57,956 bases of DNA from Lama guanicoe (Eukaryota), in NCBI GenBank assembly GCA_013239625.1, contig MU053792.1, positions 1,360,203 to 1,418,158 on the forward strand, in the 5' to 3' direction. Shown one piece after another: positions 36,146-48,145 of the stretch. How positions within the stretch are numbered: position 1 is the first letter of the stretch; each line of letters starts with the position of its first letter. The notes below the pieces were generated by a model. That model had not been told where the DNA came from. It saw only the letters and a list, made by a program, of their open reading frames with translations, and ran no database searches. The position numbers and the translations under genes were made by a program.

Positions 36146-37560
36146 GTAAGTACCCAGAAAGGGAACTAATTTTCAGACTTCCTCAAAGAAAATTCAAAGT
36201 AGTATCTGATGGAAGCTGAACGTTGAAACTAGTTGAATATAAAAATGTGCGGGCTATAAATATATACACTGTAAAGCAGCCTAAAGGCATTTCTTGTATC
36301 CAGCAAACAAAAATTAGACCTGAGAGGTGCTTTACTTTGTGTAAAGATGCCGTGTCACCTGAAATTCTAAGAGATTAAGCCAAAAGTTGTTGACAGATAC
36401 AGGCAAGTCTTAGTAATTTATACCGCCCAAATCATTTTAATCTTTCTGTCACCACATTTTAGTATCATGAAGCAGATAAATGAAATGCTCAGACCTAAAA
36501 TGAGTATTTTGAAATTAAGATTCAGTTGTGTGAACAAAAAAGTAAACAAAAAAAAAAAAGAGAAAGAAAAGATTCAATTGTGTGGATTACCTTGACAGTT
36601 AATGTGTAAATGCTGTATCTTGCAGTACTTTTCCTTCAGTAGCTTTTCATACATTTTAGTTGATATAACTTTATTTTTATTCATGTCAATTGGAATTAAA
36701 TTTAGAAATACTTCCATCTCAAATCATGTATGTTATGACCTCTCCACTCCTTAAAGGCATCTACTTTTCATTCAGTCATAATTTGGGACAAATGTAAATT
36801 TTAGCAAAACTGTTTGACTTAGTCTCCCCTGTTCTATTTATAATTTACTTTGAACGGTTTTCCAAATAACGTGCTTACACTTCTCATTGCAAGGCTCAGT
36901 TACTGTCATTTGGATCTAAGTTTGTCCAGTACAGAGGAACTGGGGCGCTCTGTGATGTACGAGTTTGGCATTGAGGTCCCATTTTCAGACTGAGGAGGAG
37001 CAGCCAGAGTCCTGAGTGGCAGGAAGGGAGTGCGTGGGAGGGGTTGGGGGAGCTGTAGGAGCTGCAGTCCAGGAGGTGGGGGAGGCCAGGTTGTCTTGGG
37101 TCCCCAAAGGCCATTGGAATAACCTCATTTTTACTGTGAGATGGGAGTCTGTTGGAAGGATTTAAACACCAGATTGAATATGTGAAGAACTCTGAACTTA
37201 AGCCTCTAATGAGAAAGAGGGAGAATGTTCCACAGTGTGGAAATTACCAACACTCATCCCACCCACACACCCCTTTCTGTTAGAGACTTCAGTGGGGGTA
37301 AAGCTTGGCCGCTTCCTGGGAGTGGCAGGGAATGGCTGGTGGACTGCATCCATTGTCTAAGTTAACTTACTGTCAGTAAGGCAGGAGGGTCACGCCTTCT
37401 GTGTGTTTAATGAAATTCAGTAAACAGGAATGTGTGCCTATGAGGAAAAGAAGGTGAACTGATGTCTGTGGGGATAGTTCTCAAAGTCCATTTGTTGAAG
37501 TTATATATTGTTAACAATGATAAGGTGACTTAAAATTCAGTAACAGAGTTATCTTTTTAG

Positions 37561-37713
37561 GCCCGTATGAGACAGCTTCAACAAGAGCTGACTGACACCC
37601 AAAAGAAAGTGTCCATGTTGGAAGCGTCCCTGGAGGTGACAGCACATCATCAAACTAACTCAGAAAACAAGAGACGGGATGGAGAGAGGAAGTCACAGCA
37701 AACTGCGAACCCA
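37561..37713 (+). CDS. ANKRD26-like: ANKRD26-like coiled-coil exon (ARMRQLQQELTDTQKKVSMLEASLEVT...QTANP)
   Basis: ttttag| ... |gtatgt; 153 nt; phase 0-0. Confidence 0.93.
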
Positions 37714-37980
37714 GTATGTATGAAATTCAGCACGTCGGCCGTGAACGTGCAGCGCAGAGTGTTGCAGGACACTAGCTTTTCAGGGACAGCTTTCTTTTGA
37801 TTATACAAACCAGTTGAAGTTAGGCACTGCCTTCATTTTCTCTTCATTTTAGACATGTTGTCAAAGCATGGAGAAGTTCAGATCACATCTGTACACCCAA
37901 AATAGAGAATTAAGAAAATTGTCTAGATCTTGCCTTTGGATTTTTTTTTAACTTTGTTGAGACATAATTCACATATTATA

Positions 37981-38105
37981 GGGGGATTGCATAACTCAAG
38001 TGGTAGAGTGCATGCTTAGCATACACAAGGTCCTGGGTTTGATCCCCTGTACCTCCTCTAAAAATAAGTAAGACTTAATTACTTACCTCCACCAAGAAAG
38101 AAAAA
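37981..38105 (+). mobile_element. tRNA-derived SINE (Vic-1 type, longer tail) nested in L1
   Basis: ataactcaagtggtagagtgcatgcttagcat...ggtcctgggtttgatcccc; TSD aattcacatattata (37966-37980) / aattcacgtatcata (38106-38120). Confidence 0.88.
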
Positions 38106-39059
38106 AATTCACGTATCATATAATTCGTCCATTTAGGATGCATAGTTAGTATCTCCTAGTATATTCAGAGATGTGCAGCTGCCACCACAATCAGTTTTAG
38201 AACATTCCCATCACCCCAAAAAGAAAGCCTGCATCCCTTGGCCATCACCCCCAGCACCGCAGCCCCCCATCCCCCGGCAACCACCAGTCTGATTTCTGTC
38301 TCTATAGATGTGCCTGTTCTGGGTGTTTCCCAGGAATGGAATCACATGCTGTGCAGTCCTTCATGATTAGCTATTATCATTTGACAAAACGTCTTCAAGG
38401 TTCATCCATGTTACAGCGCTTGTCAGTATTTCCATTTCTGTTTACTGTCGAACAGTACTCGGTTGTGGGGCTAACCCATTTATCCATCCATCAGTTGATG
38501 GACCTTTGGGTTGCCTCTGCTTTTTGGCTATTGCTGATAATGCTGCTGTGAACATTTCTGTCCAAGTTTTATTGTAAACATGTTTCCATTTCTTTGGGGA
38601 ATATACTTAAGAGTGGAAATGCTGTCATATGGGTCATATGGTAACTCTGTTTAACCTTTTGAGGATCTGCCATACTGTTTTCCAGAGTGGCTGCACCATT
38701 TAACATTTTTATCCAAAGTGTGTAATTCTCCCAATTTCTATGCATTCCTGTCACCACTGGTCATCAGCTCTCCTGGTAGGTATGAATTGGCATCTCATTG
38801 TGGTTTTGATTTGCATTTTTTTGATAACTAAGAATGTTGGGGATCTTTTCATGTGCTTATCCATTTGTGTATCTTCTTTGAAGACCTGGCTGTTCAGGTT
38901 TTTGCCCATTTTAAAATTGGATTGTCTTATTATGATTGAATTGTCAGAGCTCTTTTTGTATCCTTTGATCAGATGTAGGATTTTCAAGTATTTTCTCCTG
39001 TTCAGGAGCTTGCCTTCTTGATGTTGTCTTTTGAAGAATAGAAGTTTTTAATTCTGATG

Positions 39060-39594
39060 NNNNNNNNNNNNNNNNNNNNNNNNNNNNNNNNNNNNNNNNN
39101 NNNNNNNNNNNNNNNNNNNNNNNNNNNNNNNNNNNNNNNNNNNNNNNNNNNNNNNNNNNNNNNNNNNNNNNNNNNNNNNNNNNNNNNNNNNNNNNNNNNN
39201 NNNNNNNNNNNNNNNNNNNNNNNNNNNNNNNNNNNNNNNNNNNNNNNNNNNNNNNNNNNNNNNNNNNNNNNNNNNNNNNNNNNNNNNNNNNNNNNNNNNN
39301 NNNNNNNNNNNNNNNNNNNNNNNNNNNNNNNNNNNNNNNNNNNNNNNNNNNNNNNNNNNNNNNNNNNNNNNNNNNNNNNNNNNNNNNNNNNNNNNNNNNN
39401 NNNNNNNNNNNNNNNNNNNNNNNNNNNNNNNNNNNNNNNNNNNNNNNNNNNNNNNNNNNNNNNNNNNNNNNNNNNNNNNNNNNNNNNNNNNNNNNNNNNN
39501 NNNNNNNNNNNNNNNNNNNNNNNNNNNNNNNNNNNNNNNNNNNNNNNNNNNNNNNNNNNNNNNNNNNNNNNNNNNNNNNNNNNNNNNNNNNNNN
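39060..39594. other. Assembly gap
   Basis: Run of N. Confidence 1.
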
Positions 39595-40974
39595 GTAAAT
39601 GTGAGGGTTTCTTTTAGATTCTCAGTGGTGATGCATTGATCTATGTCTGTCCCATGCCAGTACCAATTCAGATGTTATGAGAACTCTTTCCGAGTCTTGC
39701 ATATTACCAGTTGTTTTACATAATAATAAAAAGTCAGTGTCGCGGAATGTCTGTAACTGTACTTCTGTGGAGATCTGCTGCTTCCTGAAGGGGACTGTGG
39801 CCAGCTTATGCCTTGCTAACTCTGTGACATGACAGAAAGCTGGCTTGCAAAGGTAAAGTCCATTCCTTCCCCCCGTTCAGACCTTTAGTTTCTCACCCAG
39901 TGCCTCCCACTTCACTCCAGTTTCCATCAAATCATGGTCATGGGATCTGCTGACTCAGTCTGCAATATACTTCATTATGTTGCACTCATAATTCATAGAT
40001 TCATCCATAGATTTCACTATCTAGAGGCAAAAGATTAAGCCTGGAGGAGATTAATTCAACCTTCCTCTTTGGAAGCCTCTCTAATCCATCATCTTGCGGT
40101 TCACGATGAAGTCCTCTTTTGGCTTGGTTCTTGTGTGTAACACTGGTGCCGATCTTGTTCTTGGTGCAGATCCTGCATTCTCAGCTCCCTGTGTCTACCT
40201 CCTTTTACTTAAAAGGAGAGATGCCTAGCTGTATTCTATAGCTTAATGCATAATTAATGAAATAAATATTTCATCCCATCCAAGGGAAATTTTCCAAGAG
40301 TACAGCTGTTAAAAATTAGATAATATTCAATCAGTTTATCAGAAACAGATAACAGATTAGTAATTTGAATTTCAAAAGTTGAAAGCCAATCTGTGATATG
40401 GGAGAAGCATTGTGCTACAGTATAAAGCTGAGACAGTCTTACCTTCCCTTACCAACAAGCTTTTAAGTAAGGTAAAGGAAAAATTGTATTTAAATACTGC
40501 CAAAGGACACTACATTTATGGCTCCATAATATTTTATTTTCTCTCTGAGGAAAGGAAAATGAAGAGTGAGTGCTAGATTAGTAAGTTCTCAAAGCTGTCT
40601 GTCTCTGAGAAGTTCAGTTAGTTGAAATGAAGTAAAAAGGTTGATTTTGGTAAGCTGACTTTTTCTAGTTGTTTTTCAATTATTAGACTTGAAATCCTAT
40701 GTGTCCTTGCTTACCCGTCTTCCTTATACTCAAAGTTGAGGGGAAACTGTGAAATACATGCCTGTTTGTAAGAAGCTGTAATTGGAGGGAACTCTGAAGT
40801 ACCTTCCTTCTCACTAGTTCTTAGGTTTTTCTTTCAGTTATCTGCTTCTTCTCATCAGCACTTTGTCATTAATAAGTTATTCTCAGCGTTTGTTACTTTC
40901 CACTTTATAGGAGACCAGTTTCTACTATATTCAAGTTACATTTCTTACTATCTTTTTTTATCCACTCTTCTGTT

Positions 40975-43180
40975 TGTCTGTTTTTGCCTAACAAAATCCC
41001 CAGAGTTCATTGGCTTAAATAAGCATTTATTTTGTTCACAACCTACACTTAGGAAAAGTGTGGCCAAGACAGCTGGCCTCTATTCCTCTCAGCTTCAGGT
41101 GGGGCAGCTCGAAGGCGGGGGGCTGGAATCACTTGAAGGTTCATCCATTGATGTCTGATGGTTGATGTCGGCAGTGGGCTGTGGCTTTGGTGGGGCAGGC
41201 AGGTGGACCACCTCCCCTGGAACACATAAGCTGTCTTTGTGGCCTGAGCTTGCCCACCTGAGACTGGGTTCCAGGGTTAAGAGCGAGGCAGAAGCTGAAG
41301 TGCCTTTTCAAACCTGCCCTGCAGTTCACTCGGTGCCACTTTCACTGTTTTCTGTTCATTAGGAGCAGAGCACTTAAGGTTGGCCCATATTCTACCTTTT
41401 TTATGGAATTAATTTTGAAAATTTATGGAGACATTCAAAAACCAGCATAATCTTCTCACTAGCCACAATGTTTTGTCACTGCTTTCATACGAGAAGTCCA
41501 CTTATCCCTACTCAGTCATGAGCAGGTCTCGGTCGCTGTGGTGTTAGGCTCAGGCTCCAGCCCAAGGTCTTACTTTACCATCTTCACCAGGTCCAGGTGG
41601 GGCTGAGGTTCCTGGGTGTGGTTTCTGGAGTACAGCCCTTGGGTACACTCCTCTCAGTGCTGAGGCTTGAGGATAAGGAGACACGGGTTATTTGCCGCCA
41701 CACACCCAACATTCTGCTAAATCCTAAGGACTCCCTCACTCACAGATGGAAGATGGGAGGCACACTGGCCCGTAGCAGTTCTGAAATGCAGCCTGATGCT
41801 GCCGGCTCTTTGATTAGGACTTAGTCCTAACCCTGGGACGGGTTCTCCTTCACTGCCCTCTCTGAGCTCTTTGTTTTGTCCCTTTCATGAGCAATGACCT
41901 GTGTTTGCAGCTGAGTAGTTCTCTCAAGCCAGCTTCCTCCTTGTAGACCTTCTAAAAAAAACCCAAAGTCCTCTTCCTGTTTTGCACTGTCTTTGTCTCT
42001 TTCAGTCCAAGCTAGCAAGCAGTAGTTTTGCTACCACAGTTCTCTTTAAAAACTGAGTTTCCTGTGAATTTTATTGGGTTCATGCCATTGGAAAAGCTAC
42101 TCTCACGTCTTTTTGAGATAAACTCTTCACCTTGGTCTTCCTGTGAAGCTGTTGTGGGACCATGCCTTTGAAATTCTTACGCTTTCAAGAACTTTAAAGG
42201 AATTTGAGGCAGCACGTTAAATCTTTCCAAGGTCTTAACAAAGTCTTGGCTTCATCTTTAGACTGTTTTCCTGGCAGCACCCTAGATTTGATCTTAGTCT
42301 GGAAGCCATTTCTCTGCTTAACCATTATGTGACAATTGGGCATGTGGAGATGCTTTAAATGGGATACAGATACTTGAACCCAGTGAGTACTGGTTCCTTT
42401 ATATTTAATAATCTTTTTGTTTGTTTTAGCTTCTCTCTCTTGTCAATTTTTCTTTCAGCTGTCCGGTAGCAAGAGTCCCGTTTCCTCCGGTTTCAGTGTC
42501 ATTTTCTTCTCTGGCCTAGAAGCCTTCACTCTCAGCCCTTCAAGGGCCCTCAGGCTTCCACCAACAGTCTTGTGGACACTTTGGGTTTTCACCCTTACTC
42601 TTCTCTACATCTGTTCAGGTTTCACCTACCTCCAGGCGCAAAGGCATCCCCACATTTTGGGTTCTTTTTTAATGGCTGTGCCCCATTTTCAACATCAATG
42701 TCTGTGCCAGTTATTTATTGCTAATAATTTATATAATAAAGTGTTTCAAAACCTGGTGACTCAAAACAGCATTTGCTTGGTTCCAAAATCTGTGTTTAGA
42801 CAAAGCTCAGTGGAGCCAGCTCATTTCTTCTCCACTTGGCATCAAGCAGGCACTAGAATAATCTAAAAGCTTGTTCATGCACATGTCTGGAAGTTGGAGC
42901 TGGCTTGGGTTAAGGACATTTGCTGGGGTCATCAGCTGGGACAGCTGCGTGTACACTCAGTCGGTGGCCTGGGCTTCACAACGTGGTGGCTGGGTTCTAA
43001 GGGTGAGCATCCCTATGGAGTGAGAGTCAGAGGCCATTTAGCCTTAGAAATCACACAGCAGTGCCCCCACATTCTGTCCCCTAGAAAGCAGTTGACTGAG
43101 GCCAGTACATACTTCAGGGGAGGGAATTTCGCAGGGGAAGTGTCAAGGAATTTGTAGAGATGTTTTACAGCCACCACCTC
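40975..43180 (-). mobile_element. MaLR (MLT1-like) element: LTR ~40975-41450, internal region, LTR ~42700-43180
   Basis: Two same-orientation degenerate copies (ggcttaaataagcatttattttgttcac...cagctggcctctattcc / gactcaaaacagcatttgcttggttcc...ccagctcatttcttctcc) around 1.25 kb resembling MLT-int. Confidence 0.6.
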
Positions 43181-43953
43181 CACCTGCCTTGTCTCACCAA
43201 ATAATGCGTCTATCTGAAGGAAAGCAGTTCTTCCCAAGTCAGTGTCACTGAAATTCCAGCAAGTTTTTTTTGTTTTTGTTGAGTATGTTCTCTTGATTTG
43301 TGGAGAGCCACAAAGGATTACAAGAATGAAGGCTTTTTTGTTTGTTTAGAAAAATGTATGGGTCATCTTACTAAACCACTACACAAGAGATGGATTTCTC
43401 CTTAACTCTGTGAATCATTCATTGCTCCTTGGAATGCAATTCAAACTAGCATAAAATATTTGTAGTTCAAAGAAAGGCTTATGGCATTAGAATCCATATT
43501 TGTAAGATGTATTAATTGCAGTCTTGTTTTCAAAGTCTTGTTTGGGAGGCATTTATTAATTCAGCCCTAAGTAACTCAATATGATCTCTCTAAAACTTTA
43601 AAAATCATGAAGAGTTAAGACTTGGGGAAGGAAGGAGTAAGAGACTTTCTACAAAGAGGTGCCTTATAGTCATTATGTAGGGAAGACATGAAACAATTAC
43701 GGAAAAATAAGAGTGTAAAATCAAGTACAAATGTATAACAAAGATGATGACAGTAAACAGTATATTTTTGTGACTCTTGGTGGTTTGAACTTTCTTTCTT
43801 GATTTTCTGAGTAATTTGAGTTTCTCCATTCCACAAGGTAGATATACCATTTTATTGTAACTGAATTTATTTCAGCCTTTGATGCTGGGTTAGAGTTAGG
43901 CTGTTCTCAGTCTGCTAACCTCATTACCAAACAATTTTATCTTTTTCATGCAG

Positions 43954-44319
43954 AATGCTGATCTTCCAGCAAAAGAGGAATCGACATCTTCAGTACTTGT
44001 CCATCTGAGTGGAGAAACTCAGCTTCTTCTAAAGGAGTTACTACCTATGACAGAGATGCAAAGGAAATGTGAAGCACTAGAGGAGGAGAAGAAGAAGTTG
44101 GAGGAAGAAGTAGTAAACCTCAGATGTCACCTCGAAAGGAACACAGTGGAACGCAGTCAAGTGGAGCAGGACAAACGGGAGACTGAAGAAGAAACGAGAC
44201 AGGATGTAGTAAAAGCACTGAAAAAACTCAAGCGAGCTGTGAAGTACAGACGGGAAACTGAAAAGCGAGGAAGACGCGATGTAGTAGAAAAACTGGAAGA
44301 AATCAGCCAGTTTCTACAG
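43954..44319 (+). CDS. ANKRD26-like: ANKRD26-like coiled-coil exon (NADLPAKEESTSS...VVEKLEEISQFLQ) with internal 75-nt duplication
   Basis: atgcag| ... |gtgaga; 366 nt; phase 0-0; ORF 43948..44331. Confidence 0.93.
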
Positions 44320-44899
44320 GTGAGACATTGATCTGTAACGTGCTCTAACTCACTTCGCTGAGAATTACAGTTCGGATGTGTACGTTTTATGTGTTTCCTC
44401 TACTTCCCATATAGCAGTTTGTTTTGTAGATTTCTGGAAGGAAGGCCGCATTTGTTACTCCCTTTAAATAATTCAGTTTCCATCATCACTATCACTAAAT
44501 GGATCTTTCAGAACAGTTCTCACTAGAGAATCATTTTTAAGACCAATTGGGGTAAATCAAGACTACTAGGAGGAAAAGAATATATTGTGATGTAAATGCT
44601 GTGCCACACTCTGGGATTACTCTTAGGTTGTATTGTTCAGTTTTTAAAATTTTAAATTGATCCTATTATTCTTTGAACTATCACATTACATGAGTACTAA
44701 TGTAAGAGTGATTCAACTTTAATTTTGTAATTCAGATTTAATTCACTTGACATTGATGATAAGTAGTTTAACATTCAGGTTTTTTCTCACACTTAAAATT
44801 GCTCTCTGAGTCATTGACTGAAAACTAAAGGGAACAAACAGACTGCAATTACTCAGGTTATTATTATTTTTAAAATTGTATCCTTTTAATGTGCTTTAG

Positions 44900-45090
44900 G
44901 CACAAGCAGCACTTCAAGAAAACGTGTTAAGAGAGTGCAAACGTGCTTCAGTCAGTCAAACGGAACAAAGAGTTAAAGATCTGGAACCTGAACTTAAAAG
45001 TGATTCTAATGAAAACAAATTGGAAAAGTACAAACAACTGTACCTGGAAGAGCTAGAAAATAGAAAGTCTTTGGCAAGTCAGCTAACCTC
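44900..45090 (+). CDS. ANKRD26-like: ANKRD26-like exon (AQAALQENVLRE...LEKYKQLYLEELENRKSLASQLT), DUF3496-type region
   Basis: ctttag| ... |gtaagt; 191 nt; phase 0-2; LEKYKQLYLEEL motif. Confidence 0.95.
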
Positions 45091-45175
45091 GTAAGTCAAA
45101 ATGTAGAATTATAGAAAATAATTTAGGTCGTTAATTTGCCTCTAAGGCATCATTTTTGTTGAGCCAGGTTCATGA

Positions 45176-45541
45176 NNNNNNNNNNNNNNNNNNNNNNNNN
45201 NNNNNNNNNNNNNNNNNNNNNNNNNNNNNNNNNNNNNNNNNNNNNNNNNNNNNNNNNNNNNNNNNNNNNNNNNNNNNNNNNNNNNNNNNNNNNNNNNNNN
45301 NNNNNNNNNNNNNNNNNNNNNNNNNNNNNNNNNNNNNNNNNNNNNNNNNNNNNNNNNNNNNNNNNNNNNNNNNNNNNNNNNNNNNNNNNNNNNNNNNNNN
45401 NNNNNNNNNNNNNNNNNNNNNNNNNNNNNNNNNNNNNNNNNNNNNNNNNNNNNNNNNNNNNNNNNNNNNNNNNNNNNNNNNNNNNNNNNNNNNNNNNNNN
45501 NNNNNNNNNNNNNNNNNNNNNNNNNNNNNNNNNNNNNNNNN
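45176..45541. other. Assembly gap
   Basis: Run of N. Confidence 1.
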
Positions 45542-46699
45542 ATTGTGATATGTCACCGCTCGTATGCACCCTGAGACGAAGTACTGTACCCTTCTAAGTT
45601 TGTCTCCGCTACATAAAGGCATGCTTGGGGAATAGGGGGAAATTCACATCGGGGTGAAGGGCAGCATAGTGGTTCACAAAGTGGCTAAGAAGAATATGGT
45701 GGCCTGCCTGAGGGGGTGTGTGGAAGACAGAAAGGGCGGGTCCCACCTCTGGTGTCTGAGTAGCAGTGTTACAAGCTACAGGTCTCCCCGCTATCCAAAA
45801 GTAGAGCCTTCCTATGAAAGTTGTCGGTGTAAAGCAAAGGGGCAGTTACCTTAGGACACATCTTGCTGGTGGATGCATGAAATAAATATGCATGAAGCAC
45901 AGGCGCTCACAGACACAGTCCAAAGCCATGGCGGCGTGATGCCGGGACACTGAGTGTGGCTCTGCGGAAGGAGGTCGGTGGGGCCCCTCTCGCTGCTCGG
46001 GGTGCTCGTTGCCCCTCTGATGGCTCGGGCTAAAACAAACACCCAGCGCTATTCTGGCTTTTTGCTTTTTTTCCATAAAAGTGAAAATCCGCTTGAGATT
46101 CTGTTTGGTTATGGAAAGCAGGTGCTGATGTAGGCCTCTGGTAAAAGCGAAGTAACAAAGTGAGCTTTGGGAAATCGGGGGACATTTGAAATTGCCCCTG
46201 GCGCTGTCGTATTTCTTTCCCACCATCGACTCTGCCGCCTGGTGCCCCCCAGAGGTGGTGGCTCTAAACTGTTGCTCAGTGCCGCGTGCTTGATTTCTCC
46301 CGGGTAATGAGTGAAATGTGTATATAAGGGGGGTGAAAGCAAATGCTTGAAAATGGCTTTGAGGGATGGTTTATTTTTTATTTCTAAACTGGTTTACTGA
46401 GGGTGAGTATGTCTAGATGCAACCGGAGCAGAAGGCAGTTGGGGTCCTCTGTGGGTGCGTCTCCAACTCTGACTCTCCCCACTTTGAAGTACTTGTTACT
46501 TAAGGGCCCCCCCAGACACATACGTCCTTTAGGACAGTTTTAAACTGTAATTGTTTACAGTAGGTCTTCGCTGACGCATTTTTATTGTTAAAACGCAGTT
46601 TAATGGGGCAATCTGTTTACTATTATAGCAACTTTAAAAATACACATCACTTAGGAAGAAAATGAAATGAATGAAATCTGTGTTCTGCGATCCTTGCAG

Positions 46700-46911
46700 G
46701 GCTAATGAGAGGCTGGCCAAGATGTGCACTAAGCTTCAGCTGGAGAAGCAGCACAAGAGCTCTTTCCCCGGCTTTGTTCCTACAAGGCCTGTTGGTGGAC
46801 CGCCTTCTGCTGCTGGTACTAGCGCGGAGGCCAAAAGCAGTCCTACTCGAAGAAGGCGCTTCAGGACTTTTTCAGACCCTTCGACTAACTTTGAGCGATC
46901 CCTTGTTCCGG
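46700..46911 (+). CDS. ANKRD26-like: ANKRD26-like exon (ANERLAKMCTKLQLEKQHKSS...TRPVGGPP...NFERSLVP)
   Basis: ttgcag| ... |gttagt; 212 nt; begins in phase 2 and ends in phase 1 (phase 0 expected). Confidence 0.88.
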
Positions 46912-48145
46912 GTTAGTTACATTGCCTTTTTTTCCTTGGGTTTCAGATTTCTGATACAATTCTTGTTTTTAATTTGATGAAATTCTGAGTTGTTTATTTG
47001 ACTTATGCACACTAAGTAAAAGCCATAATTAATTGTAATTGTGCTAAAAAGGAGACAGAAATTTTGTAAATTTTTTAAGTCCCTGGACTTGTAATTTTCA
47101 AGAGATACCTGTCATTAACTTTATTCAATAAATGCAACTAAACAGACAAATTTTAAATTTCTTAAAAAGCTCCACTTTAAATTCTATTTTAGAAGTTAAG
47201 TATTAGTGCCAAATAACTAGCGATCCACTTTCCAATGTTTGGCTTAGTTTCTGATTGATTTCGGTTTGGCACTGGTTGATAGTAATTTCCAAGTTTTGCT
47301 GCACCCCAGTTTTCCTACTCCTAAGCATAAGTAAATGATTGGCATTGAGCTACTTAACCACTTGCGGATGTTTTTTTATTTAAAGGAATCCAAGATAAAT
47401 TCTTTTTATGAATTCAATAAACTTGTAACACTAAAAACGTTAAGTTCTGTTTCTAAGTTTAAAATTTTTATCATTTTCTTCTGTAAGAGTACATCCTTAA
47501 TTGCTATTTTACTTTTATAGCATTGTTATTTTAATTGTTATAAAATGTCTTACTGAGCAGTTGTAGAACATTTCTAAATACGTAGTCAAGTAAAGCAAAT
47601 ACTTAAATTTTTAAAATGAAGTTCACTTATGTCTCTGTCTTGCCCTCACCTGCAGGAATACCAAGGTGGCAACAATAGGGAGTCTTTAAATTATAACCAG
47701 TTTTCATTGTGTATCGTTGTTAAAATAGCCATTTAAAGCGGTGCGCATTGGTTTATGGTTTGATGGTGTTTTCATGATCTTCTTGATGCAGAGAACGGTA
47801 GCACAGGCACTTGTTAAGTGAGGTCTCAACCTGTTTCTTCTCACTTGGCTTCATGTCATAATAAATCAAAGAAGAAAAAAGCTCAGGTTTCGTAGATAGT
47901 GTTGTGGGTAAATTGAGTCTAAGTGCTTCAGAGTCATGAAACCGGACTGCGTGGTGTTTAAAAAAAAAAATGCATGGCTAACACTTCCGCCAGTGGCTAA
48001 GCATGATGCAAACTCGAAATGTTTTCATTAGTTGTCACCAGAAAATCGACAGTGTGTCACTTTGCAGGATGATGGTGGAAAAGTGTGAGTGCAAAAGCAA
48101 TGCAAGAGAAAGCTCCTGAGGACAGTTTTCTCCTTTAATGTTTTT

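Larger units (their letters stand above)
37941..39665 (-). mobile_element. L1 (3' UTR plus ORF2 C-terminal part), spanning an assembly gap
   Basis: Minus ORFs with KEDTQMDKHMKR...MQIKTTMR and GAATLENSM match L1 ORF2; 3' end tttaactttgttgagacataattcaca. Confidence 0.9.

Noticed and set aside
42417..42866. 149-aa hydrophobic ORF
   Set aside because: Falls inside the degenerate MaLR element with a TTG start; likely chance
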